Positions 33,720 through 34,397 of a stretch of DNA of 34,397 bases are shown here, piece after piece. Positions within the stretch are counted from its first letter, which is position 1. Each line of letters opens with the position of its first letter. The translations under genes were made by a program, and so were the position numbers. The DNA is from Nitrospirota bacterium (GTDB lineage Bacteria > JACPQY01), in assembly GCA_016180645.1 (NCBI GenBank), contig JACPAV010000011.1, positions 124,001-158,397 of the forward strand. The letters are read 5' to 3'. The notes beneath the pieces are model-generated. The model made no database searches. It was not told the origin of the DNA and saw nothing but the letters and a program-made list of their open reading frames with translations.

Positions 33720-34397
33720 TGGCTTGGTGTGATTGGCACATCGGGGGGCTTCGGCTGTCCACACACTTCAGGGTCAGGGTTGTCTCCGCCACATTCCTGA
33801 AAACAGATGCTTTCGCAACTGTCTGCTCGTTGATCTGCCGAAAGTCCGTCAAGTGGTGTGAAATTTGGTGGAGTCGGATCACATTGGTGAACACGCTCGT
33901 GCAGAGTCGTGATTTCTAGGCTGCGGCCAGCCGGGGTACCCGCGTTGTCTGCACAGACCACGCTCTGCTTGGTCTGGGCGTCCGTGTATCCGCCGTTTCC
34001 TCGTCGGCAATTGTCGTCCCCATCATTTTTCACGCAGGCGAATCGGCTCGCATCGGTATTCTTGAAACATTCCTTCATCCTCGGCCCCAAACACGGCGGC
34101 GGAGTCGTCTTCCACGTCTTCTGGAGGCACGCCACGCGGTTTTCGCATTGGGATTGATCGGCCTCGCACGGGTCGTCGGCTTCGCACGAGAGCGCCCGCC
34201 TTGGGGCGAGATCGCCGGCCCGGTCCGGGGCGGGAGAGGGACTCGGTGCTTCCTCCAACACCTCCAGGATCGCCTTCACCTGCGAGGTCAACCGCTCAGC
34301 ATCCGCCTCCCCCACTTTGAACACCTCCCGCCCGTAGGGCAACTTCTCAAACTCCAAATACATCGCCTCCGCCGGAAGTTCCCACTCCATCCGGTCC
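33707..34397 (-). CDS. Protein with Cys-rich C-terminal HExxH domain (5' end probably outside the window)
   Basis: Frame is open to the window edge; Pro-rich linker, many Cys, TTLHERVHQC and QRADSCES. Confidence 0.68.
   Translation of the reverse strand, partial: DRMEWELPAEAMYLEFEKLPYGREVFKVGEADAERLTSQVKAILEVLEEAPSPSPAPDRAGDLAPRRALSCEADDPCEADQSQCENRVACLQKTWKTTPPPCLGPRMKECFKNTDASRFACVKNDGDDNCRRGNGGYTDAQTKQSVVCADNAGTPAGRSLEITTLHERVHQCDPTPPNFTPLDGLSADQRADSCESICFQECGGDNPDPEVCGQPKPPDVPITPSQCEF

Noticed and set aside
1-34397. CRISPR array
   Set aside because: No 23-47-nt direct repeats with unique spacers; the repeats seen are palindromic doublets or 7-mers; no cas genes.

Overview
GC-rich bacterial chromosomal window. 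The gene mix (Ser/Thr kinase next to an FHA-sigma54 activator, PEGA proteins, GldAFG-like ABC transporter, secretin, tRNA-Sec) suggests a deltaproteobacterial-type lineage such as Myxococcota or Desulfobacterota; this is inference. Left to right: 5' end of a flagellar rod/hook-family gene with a sigma28-like promoter; cytochrome P460/c'-beta-like gene; DUF4412-like protein; small HExxH protein; kinase plus FHA-EBP; PEGA protein; M23 peptidase; tRNA-Sec; epimerase; a metal-uptake operon (His/Cys-rich leader ORF, outer-membrane protein, binding protein, permease, no ATPase); mini-zincin; lipoprotein; family III CoA-transferase; GldAFG-like ABC transporter; HtrA. An accessory/defence patch follows at about 20.5-26 kb (solo nucleotidyltransferase, dihaem cytochrome c, orphan FitA-like antitoxin, PaeR7I-like endonuclease remnant, intact type II R-M pair). 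Then an atypical ClpA/C ATPase, HTH plus orphan secretin, SRPBCC-ispD-ispF, a Phd-VapC pair, and a Cys-rich HExxH protein followed by a secreted protein resembling a free-standing protease pro-domain. Intergenic DNA carries several REP/REPIN-like palindromes and degenerate 7-bp tandem repeats, and many genes look leaderless. Best candidates for new biology: a CruR/DUF2946-like metal-responsive leader with a non-canonical KQSPP tail; a possibly split M35-like protease and inhibitor pair; a Clp ATPase with altered pore loops; and an R-M replacement event. No CRISPR array, rRNA, integrase or transposase was seen. All family calls come from motif recognition by eye, not database searches.
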